Of a stretch of DNA of 64,000 bases, positions 40,119 through 51,533 are shown in pieces. Source of the DNA: Spirochaetia bacterium (GTDB lineage: Bacteria; Spirochaetota; Spirochaetia; CADAEX01); the NCBI GenBank assembly GCA_963662795.1, contig OY759746.1:3424001-3488000 (forward strand), read 5' to 3'. The notes beneath the pieces are model-generated. The model did no database searches. It was not told where the DNA came from and saw only the letters and a list, made by a program, of their open reading frames with translations. A program made the position numbers and the translations under genes. Numbering within the stretch: position 1 is the stretch's first letter; every line of letters begins with the position of its first letter.

Positions 40119-41204
40119 TCAGGTTTTTGCATATCTGAACATTGCTATGCTCATAAAAATAAAAAAAACAAATGTTCCCCATGCTCCGGCGAAAGGAGGA
40201 ATATATCCAATTTTTGCAAAGAGCATCAAAACCATCTGCATTATATAATAAAATACAGATAATAACAGGCTTGAAAGAAGACTCATGAGAAGAATGTTTT
40301 TTCTTAAATTCCCTCCGATCGATGATGCAATAATTGAAACAATCAGGCAGGTAAATGGAAATGAGAAACGTTTATAGTACTCAGCAAGCTGGCTCTTGTG
40401 TGGAAGTCCGGCACTTTTGAGTGTTTTAATCCATTTTGCCGCCTGAATATAATTCATTTCATCAATGTTTTTTACAATTCTTCGAAATGTAGATGGTGGA
40501 AGATTGTATGATTTATCTTCAATTATTGAAATATTTTCAAGTTTGTATTCACTTGTCAGCTGATCAAAAGTATATTTCCTGCAGTCAGTTAATACCCAGT
40601 ATTCATTTTTTTCATTCCATTCTGCCCATTTGCAGTCTATCCTTTCCGGATTTCTGATATTTGCACTTCTGTCTATTATCATAAGGGATGTCAGGGTTTT
40701 AGCAGAATCATTATAAAAATCTGCGCTATAAATAATTTCACGGCTGTTGTTCATGACTGTAATGTTATTATTACTGAATGTAGTTTTTGTTCTCAGAAGT
40801 TCTGAAGTCAGCTCATTTTTACGGCTGTATGTATTTATAACAACAGTCTCGTGAAAAAAAAATGTAAATATACTAAGAAAAAGTCCGCATATAATAAGCG
40901 GTATTGTAAATCGATAAATTGAGATACCTGATCCAAAAACAGCTATGAGTTCATTTCTGGAATAAAATGTACCCAGAGTATAAGATACGGAAAAAAGAAC
41001 AGATACCGGCAGTGCATAAAATATGCATTTGGGTGCATACAAAAGAGAAACCTTCAGTATTTCGATAAGGGGAACATTGTTGTTTATATAACGCCAGAGA
41101 TTGGAGAATAAATCAAGAAGTTCAATAATCATCAGGAAAAAAAGAATCGAAACAATAAAAGTTTCAAAAAAAGATTTTAATGTCATTCTGTCCAGTAAGT
41201 TCAT
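40119..41204 (-). CDS. lptG: LptF/LptG family permease (LptG)
   Basis: NELIAVFGSGISIYR motif, 3+3 TM layout; start refined to ATG 41204, overlapping the lptF stop. Confidence 0.82.
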   Translation of the reverse strand: MNLLDRMTLKSFFETFIVSILFFLMIIELLDLFSNLWRYINNNVPLIEILKVSLLYAPKCIFYALPVSVLFSVSYTLGTFYSRNELIAVFGSGISIYRFTIPLIICGLFLSIFTFFFHETVVINTYSRKNELTSELLRTKTTFSNNNITVMNNSREIIYSADFYNDSAKTLTSLMIIDRSANIRNPERIDCKWAEWNEKNEYWVLTDCRKYTFDQLTSEYKLENISIIEDKSYNLPPSTFRRIVKNIDEMNYIQAAKWIKTLKSAGLPHKSQLAEYYKRFSFPFTCLIVSIIASSIGGNLRKNILLMSLLSSLLLSVFYYIMQMVLMLFAKIGYIPPFAGAWGTFVFFIFMSIAMFRYAKT

Positions 41205-42481
41205 CTTGTAAATCTCATAAAGAAAACTCCCGAAGATAACAGCAGAATTACCATGTTTGGAAACCACATTGCAATAAGCGGGGGAAAATTGCTTCTTACC
41301 CCGAGTGTATGGGCGGCAAAAAGCATACACCAGTAAAAAACAGAAACAATCAATCCAATCCCGAAACCTACAGATCTGCCACTTCTTTTGGAGAAAAGCC
41401 CTGCAGGATATGAGAACAGAACAAAGAGCAGACATGCCGCAGGAAGAGAAAATTTCTTGTTGTATTCGAGTTTGTAAATCTGAAGCTGTCTGTCTCTTAT
41501 TATTTCCTTTCCTGTATTTGAATAATTTGTGAAATTACGGATAAGTTCGTCCTGTGCCTTTTTTTTCTTTTCTGCAACAGTTTTTAGCGATGATAATTCA
41601 ACAAGATTTTCTGTGTATTTAATATAATTTTGATTATTTGAATATTTGATATTAAATAGTTTTTCATCAAGATTTTTTTCTTTTTCTTTAATTGATTTGT
41701 AAACATCAAAGGAACTCATCTCCCGCGGACCAGGGTTTCTTACCGCAAGACTTAAGTCACTAAGCAGAATATTATAGATCATTTTTTCCGCTGTAAACCA
41801 GTTGTAATCATACTCTTTTTTCTGATCTGAAAAATGGCTGAAAATATCAGACAAGGTAAGTGAAATTATTCCACGCCCCTCTTTGTCATCTTCAATATAG
41901 GCTTTTCGGGCAGTAATAAATCTCTTGTCTCCTTCATTTGTTCTGTCAATAATTATTATATCATCAATATTTTTACCTTTGACCTGTCCCGTAATAAGGA
42001 CGGTATCCATATACCGTTTAGCTGTAAATGATTCAAGTTCAAGTTCAGGATTGGAATATATCAGTTTCCGGTAGAGTTTTGTATAGTTCATTGTACCGAC
42101 AGGAAGGAGATAATCATTTATCATAAAAGATGCAAGCGTCAACAGCAGCCCTATAAGGATCAAAGGGGTAAATATCTGCTTATGGCTTATCCCTGATGAC
42201 TGCATGGATAATATTTCATTATCTGATGCCATTCTGGAAACAGCCATAAGACAGCCGACAAGTGAAGCAAAAGGAAATGTAAGGGAAAGCATTGTGGGCA
42301 TAAAATATATCAAAAGCAGCAATACATCTATAGCAGGTATTTTTTTGGATAAAATATATTCTGCAAGCAGCAGTATCTGATTGGCAAAAAAAATAAAAAA
42401 GAAAAAAACAAAGCATACAAAAAAAGAGAGTAGAAATTCATATGAAATGTATCTGAAATAGATTGGAATATATTTCTTCAT
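41201..42481 (-). CDS. lptF: LptF/LptG family permease (LptF)
   Basis: RMASDNEILSMQSSGIS, KKFSLPAAC, AMWFPN; 3+3 TMs. Confidence 0.82.
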   Translation of the reverse strand: MKKYIPIYFRYISYEFLLSFFVCFVFFFFIFFANQILLLAEYILSKKIPAIDVLLLLIYFMPTMLSLTFPFASLVGCLMAVSRMASDNEILSMQSSGISHKQIFTPLILIGLLLTLASFMINDYLLPVGTMNYTKLYRKLIYSNPELELESFTAKRYMDTVLITGQVKGKNIDDIIIIDRTNEGDKRFITARKAYIEDDKEGRGIISLTLSDIFSHFSDQKKEYDYNWFTAEKMIYNILLSDLSLAVRNPGPREMSSFDVYKSIKEKEKNLDEKLFNIKYSNNQNYIKYTENLVELSSLKTVAEKKKKAQDELIRNFTNYSNTGKEIIRDRQLQIYKLEYNKKFSLPAACLLFVLFSYPAGLFSKRSGRSVGFGIGLIVSVFYWCMLFAAHTLGVRSNFPPLIAMWFPNMVILLLSSGVFFMRFTR

Positions 42482-42517
42482 GATGTTTTTCCGGTCTGAT
42501 TTTTTTGTCGTTCCCTG

Positions 42518-42961
42518 TCAAACTCCGGTAGATCCGAATCCTCCGTCCCCTCTTTCTGTCCGGTTTAGAGATACTTCATGAGTGAAAAGAGCTGTAACTA
42601 CCGGAGCAATAATCATCTGGGCAATCCTGTCTCCTCTTCTGATAATGAAATTTTCTTTTCCAAGGTTGATCATTATTATCTTTATTTCTCCCCTGTAATC
42701 AGAATCTATGGTTCCGGGTGTGTTAACCAGTGTTATGCCGTATTTTACCGCAAGACCGGATCTGGGACGGATCTGGGCTTCATAGCCATCCGGTATTTCG
42801 ATTCTAATACCTGAAGGGATTAATTTTCTTTCTCCCGGAGAAATTATTTCATCTTCTTCCACTGCAGCAAAAAGGTCTGCCCCTGCTGAACCGGCTGTTG
42901 CATAATGAGGGATTAAATCCGGTGATTGACAAAAGCATTTAATTGAAACCTGTTCAGCCAT
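42518..42961 (-). CDS. dut: dUTP diphosphatase
   Basis: [39 protein letters not shown]. Confidence 0.96.
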   Translation of the reverse strand: MAEQVSIKCFCQSPDLIPHYATAGSAGADLFAAVEEDEIISPGERKLIPSGIRIEIPDGYEAQIRPRSGLAVKYGITLVNTPGTIDSDYRGEIKIIMINLGKENFIIRRGDRIAQMIIAPVVTALFTHEVSLNRTERGDGGFGSTGV

Positions 42962-42965
42962 ATAT

Positions 42966-44243
42966 TTATCCTTTGATAGCTATATTATAGTCATTGTTTT
43001 TAATTTTTCCAGCATCACCGTAAACAAGTACATTAAATTCCTTATTTATGAGGTTAGCGCTGATAAACTGGTTAATATCTTCTCTCGTAACGCTGTAGAG
43101 CATCTCCATTGATTCTGTAAAATCAAAGCATCTCCCGCTGAAAATGTAATGGCGGGCAAGTCTTTTCATTCTAAGTTCCATATCTTCCTGGGAGAGGATA
43201 AGCCCCCCTTCAAGGTGGGTTCTTGCGTCTGCAATCTCGGAAATTGAAATTGAATCAATAAGAATATTATTAAGTTCTATATTCAATTTATCCATAAAAT
43301 CCGGCAACAATTTTGGTATTGTGTTTGCATAGATATTCCACATGGAATAATAATTATAAATTGATCTGAAAGAATATATTGTATAGCAGTATCCGTTTTC
43401 TTCGCGCAGTTTTTGAAACAGACGGGAACTCATTGATTCCCCCATAATTGTGCTGAAAAACAGGAGATTATAATAATCCTTCATCCCTGCCGGAGACGGA
43501 AATGCAGCTCCGGCATGAAGATGTATCTGTTTTGACGGATATTTATGGTATTCATTATTATATCTGTATTCGGGTTTTGTCCGTCTGGACAGTACATCTG
43601 CAGAGTTCAGCTTTGAATTGGAAGAAGGAAGTGAAACATTAAGCAGATTGACAAGCAGTACTTCATCAATGGAACCGGCAGCAGATATTACAAGATTAGC
43701 AGGAATATATCTTTCAGAGTAATACTTATATAAAGATTTTTTTTTGATATTTTTAATATCTTTGACTTCGCCTGTTATCTTGTAGCCTATCGGGTGAGGC
43801 AGCCACATATTTTCAATAAAGAGATCATAACTGTTTTCTTCCGGCAGTTCCAGGTATTCATTTATTTCACTGATTACTACATTTTTTTCTTTATTAATTT
43901 CCTTGTTATCAAACAAAGGTTTAAAAATAATTTCTGTTAAAAGGTCAATTACATATTTGATGTGCTTGGTAGGAAATGTGCAGTAAAAACAGGTTAATTC
44001 TTTTTCTGTGAATGCATTAAAATTGCTTCCAATACGGTCAAATGATTTGGCTATCTCGGAAGTTGATCTGGATGCAGTTCCTTTAAAAAGAATATGCTCG
44101 ATAAAATGGGCATACCCTTTTTCTTCTGAATTTTCATCTACTGAACCGTTCAGGAACCAGAATCCTATAGAGCATACAGATGTATGCTCTATTTTTTCAG
44201 AAACAAACCTGGCGCCTGAATCCAGTTCAATATAGTTTATCAA
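42966..44243 (-). CDS. M16 (pitrilysin) family zinc peptidase
   Basis: Inverted zinc motif [23 protein letters not shown]; TTG start overlaps pnp stop. Confidence 0.9.
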   Translation of the reverse strand: MINYIELDSGARFVSEKIEHTSVCSIGFWFLNGSVDENSEEKGYAHFIEHILFKGTASRSTSEIAKSFDRIGSNFNAFTEKELTCFYCTFPTKHIKYVIDLLTEIIFKPLFDNKEINKEKNVVISEINEYLELPEENSYDLFIENMWLPHPIGYKITGEVKDIKNIKKKSLYKYYSERYIPANLVISAAGSIDEVLLVNLLNVSLPSSNSKLNSADVLSRRTKPEYRYNNEYHKYPSKQIHLHAGAAFPSPAGMKDYYNLLFFSTIMGESMSSRLFQKLREENGYCYTIYSFRSIYNYYSMWNIYANTIPKLLPDFMDKLNIELNNILIDSISISEIADARTHLEGGLILSQEDMELRMKRLARHYIFSGRCFDFTESMEMLYSVTREDINQFISANLINKEFNVLVYGDAGKIKNNDYNIAIKG

Positions 44244-46468
44244 TTATTTCTCCGGGAAAAGCCACCCCCTGGGCTGTTTCTTCTCCCGGAATTTCCGTGG
44301 AAATCACGTTTTTCTCTATGATCCCTTGAATCACCGTCTCCCTGCGGATGCGGAGCTGCCAGTCTTCTTTTACTTGCTGCTTCCGGATCAACTGCATCAA
44401 TATGGCTGAGGTTAAGTCTGCCCATTCTGTCAACTTCCATAAGCTTAACCAGAAGTTCCTGGTTTTCACTTACTACATCGGTTACAGCATTTACATGATC
44501 AAAAGAGAGCTTGGAAATATGACAAAGCCCTTCTTTGCCGGGAAGTATTTCAACAAAAGCGCCGAATTCCATAATTTTCTTGACTATACCGTTATATATC
44601 TTACCCGGTTCAGGTTCTTCTATTACTGACAGGATAAGCTGTTTTGCTTCTTCAGCCTTTTCTTTATTTTTACCGAAAATTATGATTTTACCCTTATCGT
44701 CAATATTAACTGTGGATTCTGATTTTTCTGAAATACCTTTTATTGTTTTCCCGCCTGTACCTATTACAGCGCCTATTTTGTCAGCATCTACTGTCATGGT
44801 AAGGATTTGAGGAGCAAGTTCAGAAATTTCTGTTCTTGCTTTTGACAGGGTCGCGTTCATTATGCCAAGTATATGGAGACGGCCGACTCTGGCCTGCTCA
44901 AGGGCTCTTTTCATTAGATCTGATGTTACATTGGATATTTTGATATCCATCTGGAAAGCGGTTATACCGTCTTCTGTTCCTGCAACTTTAAAATCCATAT
45001 CCCCAAAATGGTCTTCTTCTCCAAGAATATCGCTTAAGATTTCAGTTTTGCCATCTTCAGAGATAAGTCCCATTGCAATACCTGCAACCGGTTTTTTTAT
45101 CGGAACTCCTGCATCAAGTAAGGCAAGAGTACTTCCGCAGACTGTCGCCATTGAAGATGACCCGTTGGATTCAAGTATTTCAGATACTACCCTGATAGTG
45201 TATGGGAACTTTTCTTTTTCAGGAATAACTGCGGAAATTGCCCTCATTGCAAGATGGCCATGGCCAATTTCCCTTCTTCCTGTAGAAAGGTTTCCCTTTT
45301 CTCCTACGCTGAAAGGAGGAAAATTATAATGGAGCATAAAATTATTATAATGCTTGTCCCCGTCTATATCGTCAAACATCTGTTCGTCGGAAACTGTACC
45401 AAGCGTTGTTACAGCCAGGGCTTGTGTTTCTCCCCTTGTAAAAAGGGCAGAACCGTGTGTTCTTGAAAGAACTCCTACTTCACATTCAATTGGTCTTATC
45501 TGATCAGTTTTTCTGCCGTCAGATCTTTTATTTTCTTTTATAATTGCCTCACGCAGAATTTTATATTCAAGATCTTCAATTACTTTTGAAACACCTGATT
45601 TAAGCGTTGCCTGTTCATCTGGATATTTATCTTCAAAATATTTCAGCGTTGTACTTTTTACTGCGCTTTTAGCTTTGTTCCTCTCAATTTTACCCGCAAG
45701 AAAACATGCTGCAAGATACTGCTCATAAGCATAATCCCATACTTCACTGTATAAAGGAAAATCATTTTTTTCTGATTTCAACAGTGCCTTTTCCTTGCCG
45801 GCTATTGAAGCAAGTTCTTTCTGCATATCGCATATAATCTTTATATATTCACTGGCTTTATCAATAGCCTGAATCATTATATCTTCAGAAACTTCGTGTG
45901 CTCCGCCTTCAACCATGGTAATACCGTCAGAAGTGCCTGCAACAATAATTTCAAGCTTGCTTTCTGCTATCTGCTGAAAGGTAGGATTGACAATAAATTC
46001 ATCATTTAAATAACACATTCTTACAGAACCGACAGGCCCGTTAAACGGTATATCTGAAACAACAACAGCCGCAGAAGCAGCAATCATTGCAACAATGTCT
46101 GGAGGATTTATCTGATCAGATGAAAGTACGGTCGGGACTATCTGAATATCCCTTTTGAATTCCTTGTAAAAGAGTGGTCTCATCGGTCTGTCAATCAATC
46201 TTGATACAAGTATTTCCTTATCCTTCGGCCTTCCTTCCCTTTTCAGAAATCCACCTGGTATTTTACCTGCTGCATAGTATTTTTCGTTATATTCTACCTG
46301 CAGCGGTACATAATCCAGTCCATCGATTTCATTTTCTGAATAGCAGACAGTTGCAAGAACTGTTGACCCTTCAAATGTTGCCATAACTGAACCGCTTGCC
46401 TGTTTAGCGACTTTTCCTGTTTCTATAATTAATTCTTTTTCACCTATCGGTATTGTAATTTTAGGCAT
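44240..46468 (-). CDS. pnp: Polyribonucleotide nucleotidyltransferase
   Basis: [52 protein letters not shown] and S1 domains. Confidence 0.97.
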   Translation of the reverse strand: MPKITIPIGEKELIIETGKVAKQASGSVMATFEGSTVLATVCYSENEIDGLDYVPLQVEYNEKYYAAGKIPGGFLKREGRPKDKEILVSRLIDRPMRPLFYKEFKRDIQIVPTVLSSDQINPPDIVAMIAASAAVVVSDIPFNGPVGSVRMCYLNDEFIVNPTFQQIAESKLEIIVAGTSDGITMVEGGAHEVSEDIMIQAIDKASEYIKIICDMQKELASIAGKEKALLKSEKNDFPLYSEVWDYAYEQYLAACFLAGKIERNKAKSAVKSTTLKYFEDKYPDEQATLKSGVSKVIEDLEYKILREAIIKENKRSDGRKTDQIRPIECEVGVLSRTHGSALFTRGETQALAVTTLGTVSDEQMFDDIDGDKHYNNFMLHYNFPPFSVGEKGNLSTGRREIGHGHLAMRAISAVIPEKEKFPYTIRVVSEILESNGSSSMATVCGSTLALLDAGVPIKKPVAGIAMGLISEDGKTEILSDILGEEDHFGDMDFKVAGTEDGITAFQMDIKISNVTSDLMKRALEQARVGRLHILGIMNATLSKARTEISELAPQILTMTVDADKIGAVIGTGGKTIKGISEKSESTVNIDDKGKIIIFGKNKEKAEEAKQLILSVIEEPEPGKIYNGIVKKIMEFGAFVEILPGKEGLCHISKLSFDHVNAVTDVVSENQELLVKLMEVDRMGRLNLSHIDAVDPEAASKRRLAAPHPQGDGDSRDHREKRDFHGNSGRRNSPGGGFSRRNN

Positions 46469-46485
46469 CTATAAATTTCCTTTCC

Positions 46486-46755
46486 TTATTTTCTGAGATT
46501 TAACTGCTGAAGAATTGTTCTATATTTTTCAATATCAATTCTTTTCAGGTATTTAAGGAGTTTTCTTCTTTGCCCTACAAGCTGCAGAAGGCCCCTTCTT
46601 GAATTATGATCTTTTTTGTGCACCTGAAAATGTTCAGTTAATTGATTTATTCTTTTTGTAAGCAGCGCAATCTGAACTTCACTCGATCCTGTATCTTTTT
46701 CATTTGCTCCAAATTTTTCGACAATTTCCAGTTTTTCTTCTTTTTTCAAAGACAT
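46486..46755 (-). CDS. rpsO: 30S ribosomal protein S15
   Basis: [36 protein letters not shown]. Confidence 0.97.
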   Translation of the reverse strand: MSLKKEEKLEIVEKFGANEKDTGSSEVQIALLTKRINQLTEHFQVHKKDHNSRRGLLQLVGQRRKLLKYLKRIDIEKYRTILQQLNLRK

Positions 46756-46768
46756 TGTTATTCTCCTT

Positions 46769-47533
46769 TCACAATAACAGTTGCTGTTCAGCTGTTTTCA
46801 ACCATTTAAAAATATTTTTATCAATAATCACTTCCGTTTTGAAAGTTTTATCGCCTAATAATATGGACATGTTATATTTTCCTGCATCAGGCAGAACCTG
46901 CCTTATCGCATTCTTATAAATATAGCAGTAATATTCATCCTGAAAAATTTCAGGAATGTTCAAATCGACTGCGTGTCCGAATTCAAGATATTCATAAGCC
47001 TGATCCAGTTTTCCATCCTTGATCAGATCTCTTATTGCTGTACTGCTCACCGAAAATCCGTAAAACGACTGTCTTTTTACTATTTCGTAAATTCCAGTCC
47101 CTTTAAAATAATTTTCTTCAAGGTCAGCTGCAGTAGTGTCATTATTGTTCCCGCATTTAAAATCTTCACCGCTTACCATTTTTACAAGATTCAAATGTTT
47201 TCTTATGCAGGAAATAAAATAATTACCTGTCAGTTTACTAAAATCGCTGGAAAAGTCAATCAGTACGGTAGTTGTAACTCCCGCCATTTTAAGTGAATCA
47301 ATTTTCTGTTTCAGCGTATATATATCACCGGGATAATTTTCTTTATGATAATACCATGCCGGATTCTTAATAAAAGTAAAAACCACTTTTTCTACGCTTT
47401 TTTCGGTAAAAAGCTTATTTATCAGGAATCTGTGACCCAGATGCATCCCGTCAAAAACTCCAACCGTAACAGCTGACGGAGAAGAAATATAATAATCCTT
47501 ATCAGTAAAATCTTTCCAGTTAACTACTTTCAT
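46769..47533 (-). CDS. ribF: FAD synthetase (RibF) family protein, with adenylyltransferase domain and reduced C-terminal domain
   Basis: [25 protein letters not shown]; start refined to ATG 47533. Confidence 0.8.
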   Translation of the reverse strand: MKVVNWKDFTDKDYYISSPSAVTVGVFDGMHLGHRFLINKLFTEKSVEKVVFTFIKNPAWYYHKENYPGDIYTLKQKIDSLKMAGVTTTVLIDFSSDFSKLTGNYFISCIRKHLNLVKMVSGEDFKCGNNNDTTAADLEENYFKGTGIYEIVKRQSFYGFSVSSTAIRDLIKDGKLDQAYEYLEFGHAVDLNIPEIFQDEYYCYIYKNAIRQVLPDAGKYNMSILLGDKTFKTEVIIDKNIFKWLKTAEQQLLL

Positions 47534-48416
47534 TACAGGCACTCTTATCCGAAGAAACAAATAAATATCTCATTTCTGCAATACTGTTGTCAATAAGTGC
47601 TAAAAAAATCCCTTTTTCAGAAAAAAATGAAAATATTCCTGCCGGAAATTGATTTTCAGCGCCTTTTTCAGAAAGCTTTTTACCATTTAATATTTTTTCT
47701 GTTAATATTTTATCAGCTGTAATTACAGGTATTCCGCATCTTTTAAGTCCCTCCCCCGGAGCAATAACATCTATTTCAGTTATTTCATCCGGCAGTTTTG
47801 CCTCTTCAAGATGAAAATCGCCAATTTCAGTTCTAATGAGTTTTTTCAAAAATGCTGCTGAAACGCACTTTTTGGCAAGATCAGATGCAAGTGTTCTGAT
47901 ATAAGTGCCTGATGAGCAGTTTACAGTGAAATCAAGAATATTTTCTTCAAAACTGTTGATTTTAATAGATTTAACAGTAACTTTCTTTTCTTTCAGGTCG
48001 GCAGTTATCCCTTTTCGCGCAAGTTCATAGGCCCTTACTCCGTTTACATGGACTGCAGAATATAAAGGCGGCCGCTGTTTTATGATTCCTGTAAAATACT
48101 TCAGATTGTCTTTAATTAACTCATATTCAGGAATGGCAGCTTCTTCTGTAAAAGTTCCTGTAATATCAAGTGTATCAGTCGATTTACCGAATTCTGCAAA
48201 AGCCCTGTACGTTTTCGGGAAAGAGGAAAACAGGTTGAACACCCGGGTCATCTGTCCTGTAAGTATTATTACAAGTCCTTCAGCAAAAGGATCAAGAGTT
48301 CCCGAATGGCCAAGTTTCTTAATTCCAGTTCTTTTTTTTATTATTCTTATTATATCAAAAGTAGATATGCCAGCCGGTTTATTTACTAATAAAAAGCCGG
48401 AAATCTGTTCATTCAA
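47520..48416 (-). CDS. truB: tRNA pseudouridine(55) synthase
   Basis: NKPAG, GHSGTLDPFAEG, PPLYSAV, CSSGTYIR. Confidence 0.95.
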   Translation of the reverse strand: MNEQISGFLLVNKPAGISTFDIIRIIKKRTGIKKLGHSGTLDPFAEGLVIILTGQMTRVFNLFSSFPKTYRAFAEFGKSTDTLDITGTFTEEAAIPEYELIKDNLKYFTGIIKQRPPLYSAVHVNGVRAYELARKGITADLKEKKVTVKSIKINSFEENILDFTVNCSSGTYIRTLASDLAKKCVSAAFLKKLIRTEIGDFHLEEAKLPDEITEIDVIAPGEGLKRCGIPVITADKILTEKILNGKKLSEKGAENQFPAGIFSFFSEKGIFLALIDNSIAEMRYLFVSSDKSACNESS

Positions 48417-48760
48417 TGCAGATTATCCTCGATAAACCTGTTCATCTCAAATCCGTCTTTCAATGAAGAGTCATAAAAAAACCTGAGTTTTGGAGTTAAT
48501 CTTGTTTTAAGTTTTTTCCCTATCAGGCCCTGTATGAAGCCGGCTCCATGATTCAATGCTTCTATACTATTAAGGGCCTGTTTTTCCGGACAGTAACCTG
48601 ATACTGAAATTCTGGCAAAGCTCATATCAGGAGAGAGTTTTACATTTGAAATATAGATAAGTTTATTTATTCTGGGATCTTTGATTTTGTCCTGCAGAAT
48701 AAGTTTCCCCAGCTCTTCCTGTATTATTTTTTCGGCCCTTTGAAGCCTGAATTCACCCAT
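48413..48760 (-). CDS. rbfA: Ribosome-binding factor A
   Basis: IKDPRI, SPDMSFARI, TPKLRFFYD; located between infB and truB. Confidence 0.92.
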   Translation of the reverse strand: MGEFRLQRAEKIIQEELGKLILQDKIKDPRINKLIYISNVKLSPDMSFARISVSGYCPEKQALNSIEALNHGAGFIQGLIGKKLKTRLTPKLRFFYDSSLKDGFEMNRFIEDNLH

Positions 48761-51490
48761 TTATCCTTCCAGTTTTTTGAATACTTCTTTCATTTCATAT
48801 ACTTCAATAATATCGCCAACCTGTATATCGTTGAAATTTTCAAGTCCTATACCGCATTCGTAGTTTTTCTCTACTTCCTTGACATCATCCTTAAACCTTT
48901 TCAATGATGATATCTTACCGGAAAATATTTCAACACCTTCACGGAACAGATGGACAATTCCGTTCCTTTTTACTTTCCCGCCTGTAATGTAGCATCCTGC
49001 AATTGCGCCTATCTTCGGCACTTTAAATACATCGCGTACTTCCGCTGTTCCAAGTGACTCTTCCTTTAAATCAGGAGCAAGTAGGCCTTCCATGGCAGTT
49101 TTTATATCTTCTACAGCATCATAGATAATATTGTATTTTCGTATTTCTACCTTTTCCTGTTCAGCCAGCATCTGCGCTTTGGCAGTAGGTCTCACATGAA
49201 AACCAACTATAATTGCATTTGATGCTGATGCTAGATTTACATCGTTTTCTACGATCGCACCGGCAGAAGAGTGAATTACATTAAGTCTTATTTCTGAAGT
49301 AGAAAGTTTTTCAAGGGCAATTTTCAGTGCTTCAACTGACCCCTGTACATCTCCCTTTATTATTGTTTTAAGCTCCTGTATGGCCCCTTCGCTGATTGAA
49401 TCGTAAAGATTATCCAGGGTAACTTTTTTGACATTTTTGGCTACGCCGATTTTTTCGAGTTCCTGTCTTTTTGTCCCGATCATTCTTGCGGTTTTTTCCG
49501 AATCTGTTACCTGAAAAGGATCGCCTGCATTAGGCATACCTGTAAACCCCAGTATTTCTATCGGTGTTGAAGGAGGAGCACTGTCAATTTTTTCGCCCCT
49601 ATCGTTAAATATAGCCCTTACTTTACCGGCATATACACCGGCAATAAAAGCATCACCGACATTAAGTGTTCCTCTTTCAATCAGAACTGTAGATACAATT
49701 CCCCTTCCGTGATCAACGCGGGATTCAATTATTTTACCTTCTGCGCGGCAGTTCGGGTTTGCTTTTAATTCAAGCACTTCGGATTGTATAAGTATATTTT
49801 CCAAAAGATTATCTATACCAATCTTTTTAAGGGCAGAGATCTCGCAAAAAATTGTATTTCCTCCCCAATCTTCAGGTATAAGATCATAGGTTGAAAGCTG
49901 ATGCTTGACCCTGTCTACATTTGCTTCAACAACATCAATTTTATTTATTGCAACAATAATCGGAACTCCAGCCTCTTTTGCATGGTTAATTGCCTCAATT
50001 GTCTGCGGCATTACACCGTCATTTGCAGCAACAACAAGAACTACAATATCTGTAAGCTGTGCACCGCGTGCCCTCATAAGGGTAAACGCTTCATGTCCGG
50101 GTGTATCAAGGAAAACAATATTTCTGTTGTTGGACTGGACTTTATATGCTCCGATATGCTGTGTTATACCGCCGTGTTCTGATGCGGCAATATCAGTAGA
50201 TCTTATCGCATCAAGAAGTTTTGTTTTACCATGATCGACATGTCCCATTACAGTTACAACAGGAGGTCTTTCAATTATATCGCTATCATCACCTTTTTCT
50301 GTCTCTACAAGTGTTTCATCATACAGCGATACAATATTTACTTTACAATTGTATTCAGAAGCTATAATTTCTACTGTTTCAGCGTCAATCTGCTGATTGA
50401 TGCTGACCATCATTCCCATAGACATAAATCTGGAAATAAGCTCAGAAGCCTTTAGATTCATTTTTTTTGCGAGTTCAGAAACTGTGATAACTTCCATTAT
50501 GTCAATTTCTTTTGGAACAGGATTGATCTTTTGAATTGATTTTTTCTTTACCTGAAAATTCTTTTCAAGATCATGTTCCTTCTTTGTTTTCTGGTAAACA
50601 GTCTTTTTCTTTGCCTTGAAAAATTTCTTTGCTGCCGGTTTGGTTGCAGATGATTCGCCTTTTAAATCATCCTTTCCGCCAGGCCGTTGAGGAGAAGAAC
50701 CAAATCTTGGCGGTCCGCCGCCAGGCCTTCTGTTATCAAAACTACGGGGTCCCCCAGGGGTAAATCTCTGTGCCCCTCCCTGTGCTCCAGGTGCGCCGTA
50801 TCTGGGAGGACCGCCCGGCCTCTGCGGAGAAGAACCATATCTCTGCGGAGTACCTCCTGGACGCGATTGTGAACCGTACCTGGGCGGCTGATCCGATCGC
50901 TGCTGTCCGTATCCCGGATAGGTGCCCTGTCTCTGGTTGTCGGTTCTGGGAGTATAAGGTCTGCTTACCGGCTGGCTACCGGCAGGATTTGGACGATCTC
51001 CGTCAAACCGCTGTTTTGTTCTGTATGTTCTTTCATGACCGGCCGTTTGAGGAGACGATTCCCTGTTTTCAGTATTCCTGGCTTTTGCCCCCCCCTGGAA
51101 AGTTCTTGAAGGAACCTTTCCCCTGCTTACAGGTTTTTCCTCATTCGCAGAAGACTCTTTTTCAGGAGATTCTTTTGCAGAAGTTTCTTTAACAGAAGAT
51201 GCAGCATCTGCTGAAGTATTATCTGTTCCCATAGGTTCTTTATGAGGTTTTCTGATTTCTGTATTTAAATCAGCTGTATTGTCTGAAGACGATTCTTTGT
51301 TCTCTTCGTGGTCCCTGCTCTTTCCTGTTTTTTTAACAACAACTACCCTTTTTTTAACAACAACTACTTTCTTCCTGTTATCAGTCTGCTCCTGCTTGTC
51401 TTTTGCTTCCTGATTTTCCGAAGATATTTTTCGCTGTTTTATCAAAGCTGTTTTGGGTTTTTCTGTTGTCTTTTCCTGATCTTCAGTCAT
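48761..51490 (-). CDS. infB: Translation initiation factor IF-2
   Basis: [43 protein letters not shown]. Confidence 0.97.
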   Translation of the reverse strand: MTEDQEKTTEKPKTALIKQRKISSENQEAKDKQEQTDNRKKVVVVKKRVVVVKKTGKSRDHEENKESSSDNTADLNTEIRKPHKEPMGTDNTSADAASSVKETSAKESPEKESSANEEKPVSRGKVPSRTFQGGAKARNTENRESSPQTAGHERTYRTKQRFDGDRPNPAGSQPVSRPYTPRTDNQRQGTYPGYGQQRSDQPPRYGSQSRPGGTPQRYGSSPQRPGGPPRYGAPGAQGGAQRFTPGGPRSFDNRRPGGGPPRFGSSPQRPGGKDDLKGESSATKPAAKKFFKAKKKTVYQKTKKEHDLEKNFQVKKKSIQKINPVPKEIDIMEVITVSELAKKMNLKASELISRFMSMGMMVSINQQIDAETVEIIASEYNCKVNIVSLYDETLVETEKGDDSDIIERPPVVTVMGHVDHGKTKLLDAIRSTDIAASEHGGITQHIGAYKVQSNNRNIVFLDTPGHEAFTLMRARGAQLTDIVVLVVAANDGVMPQTIEAINHAKEAGVPIIVAINKIDVVEANVDRVKHQLSTYDLIPEDWGGNTIFCEISALKKIGIDNLLENILIQSEVLELKANPNCRAEGKIIESRVDHGRGIVSTVLIERGTLNVGDAFIAGVYAGKVRAIFNDRGEKIDSAPPSTPIEILGFTGMPNAGDPFQVTDSEKTARMIGTKRQELEKIGVAKNVKKVTLDNLYDSISEGAIQELKTIIKGDVQGSVEALKIALEKLSTSEIRLNVIHSSAGAIVENDVNLASASNAIIVGFHVRPTAKAQMLAEQEKVEIRKYNIIYDAVEDIKTAMEGLLAPDLKEESLGTAEVRDVFKVPKIGAIAGCYITGGKVKRNGIVHLFREGVEIFSGKISSLKRFKDDVKEVEKNYECGIGLENFNDIQVGDIIEVYEMKEVFKKLEG
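51329..51368. repeat. 21-bp-period tandem duplication within infB (VVVVKK twice)
   Basis: TTTTTAACAACAACTAC occurs twice, 21 bp apart. Confidence 0.7.
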
Positions 51491-51533
51491 TTATAAATTC
51501 CTCTCCTGTACCTGGGACATAACTTTTAATTTT

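Noticed and set aside
41205-41435. N-terminal extensions in the ORF track (lptG here; also tgt, recA, cmk, scpA, punA, murJ)
   Set aside because: They overlap upstream genes or lack family similarity; downstream ATGs with SD or stop-start overlaps fit better.
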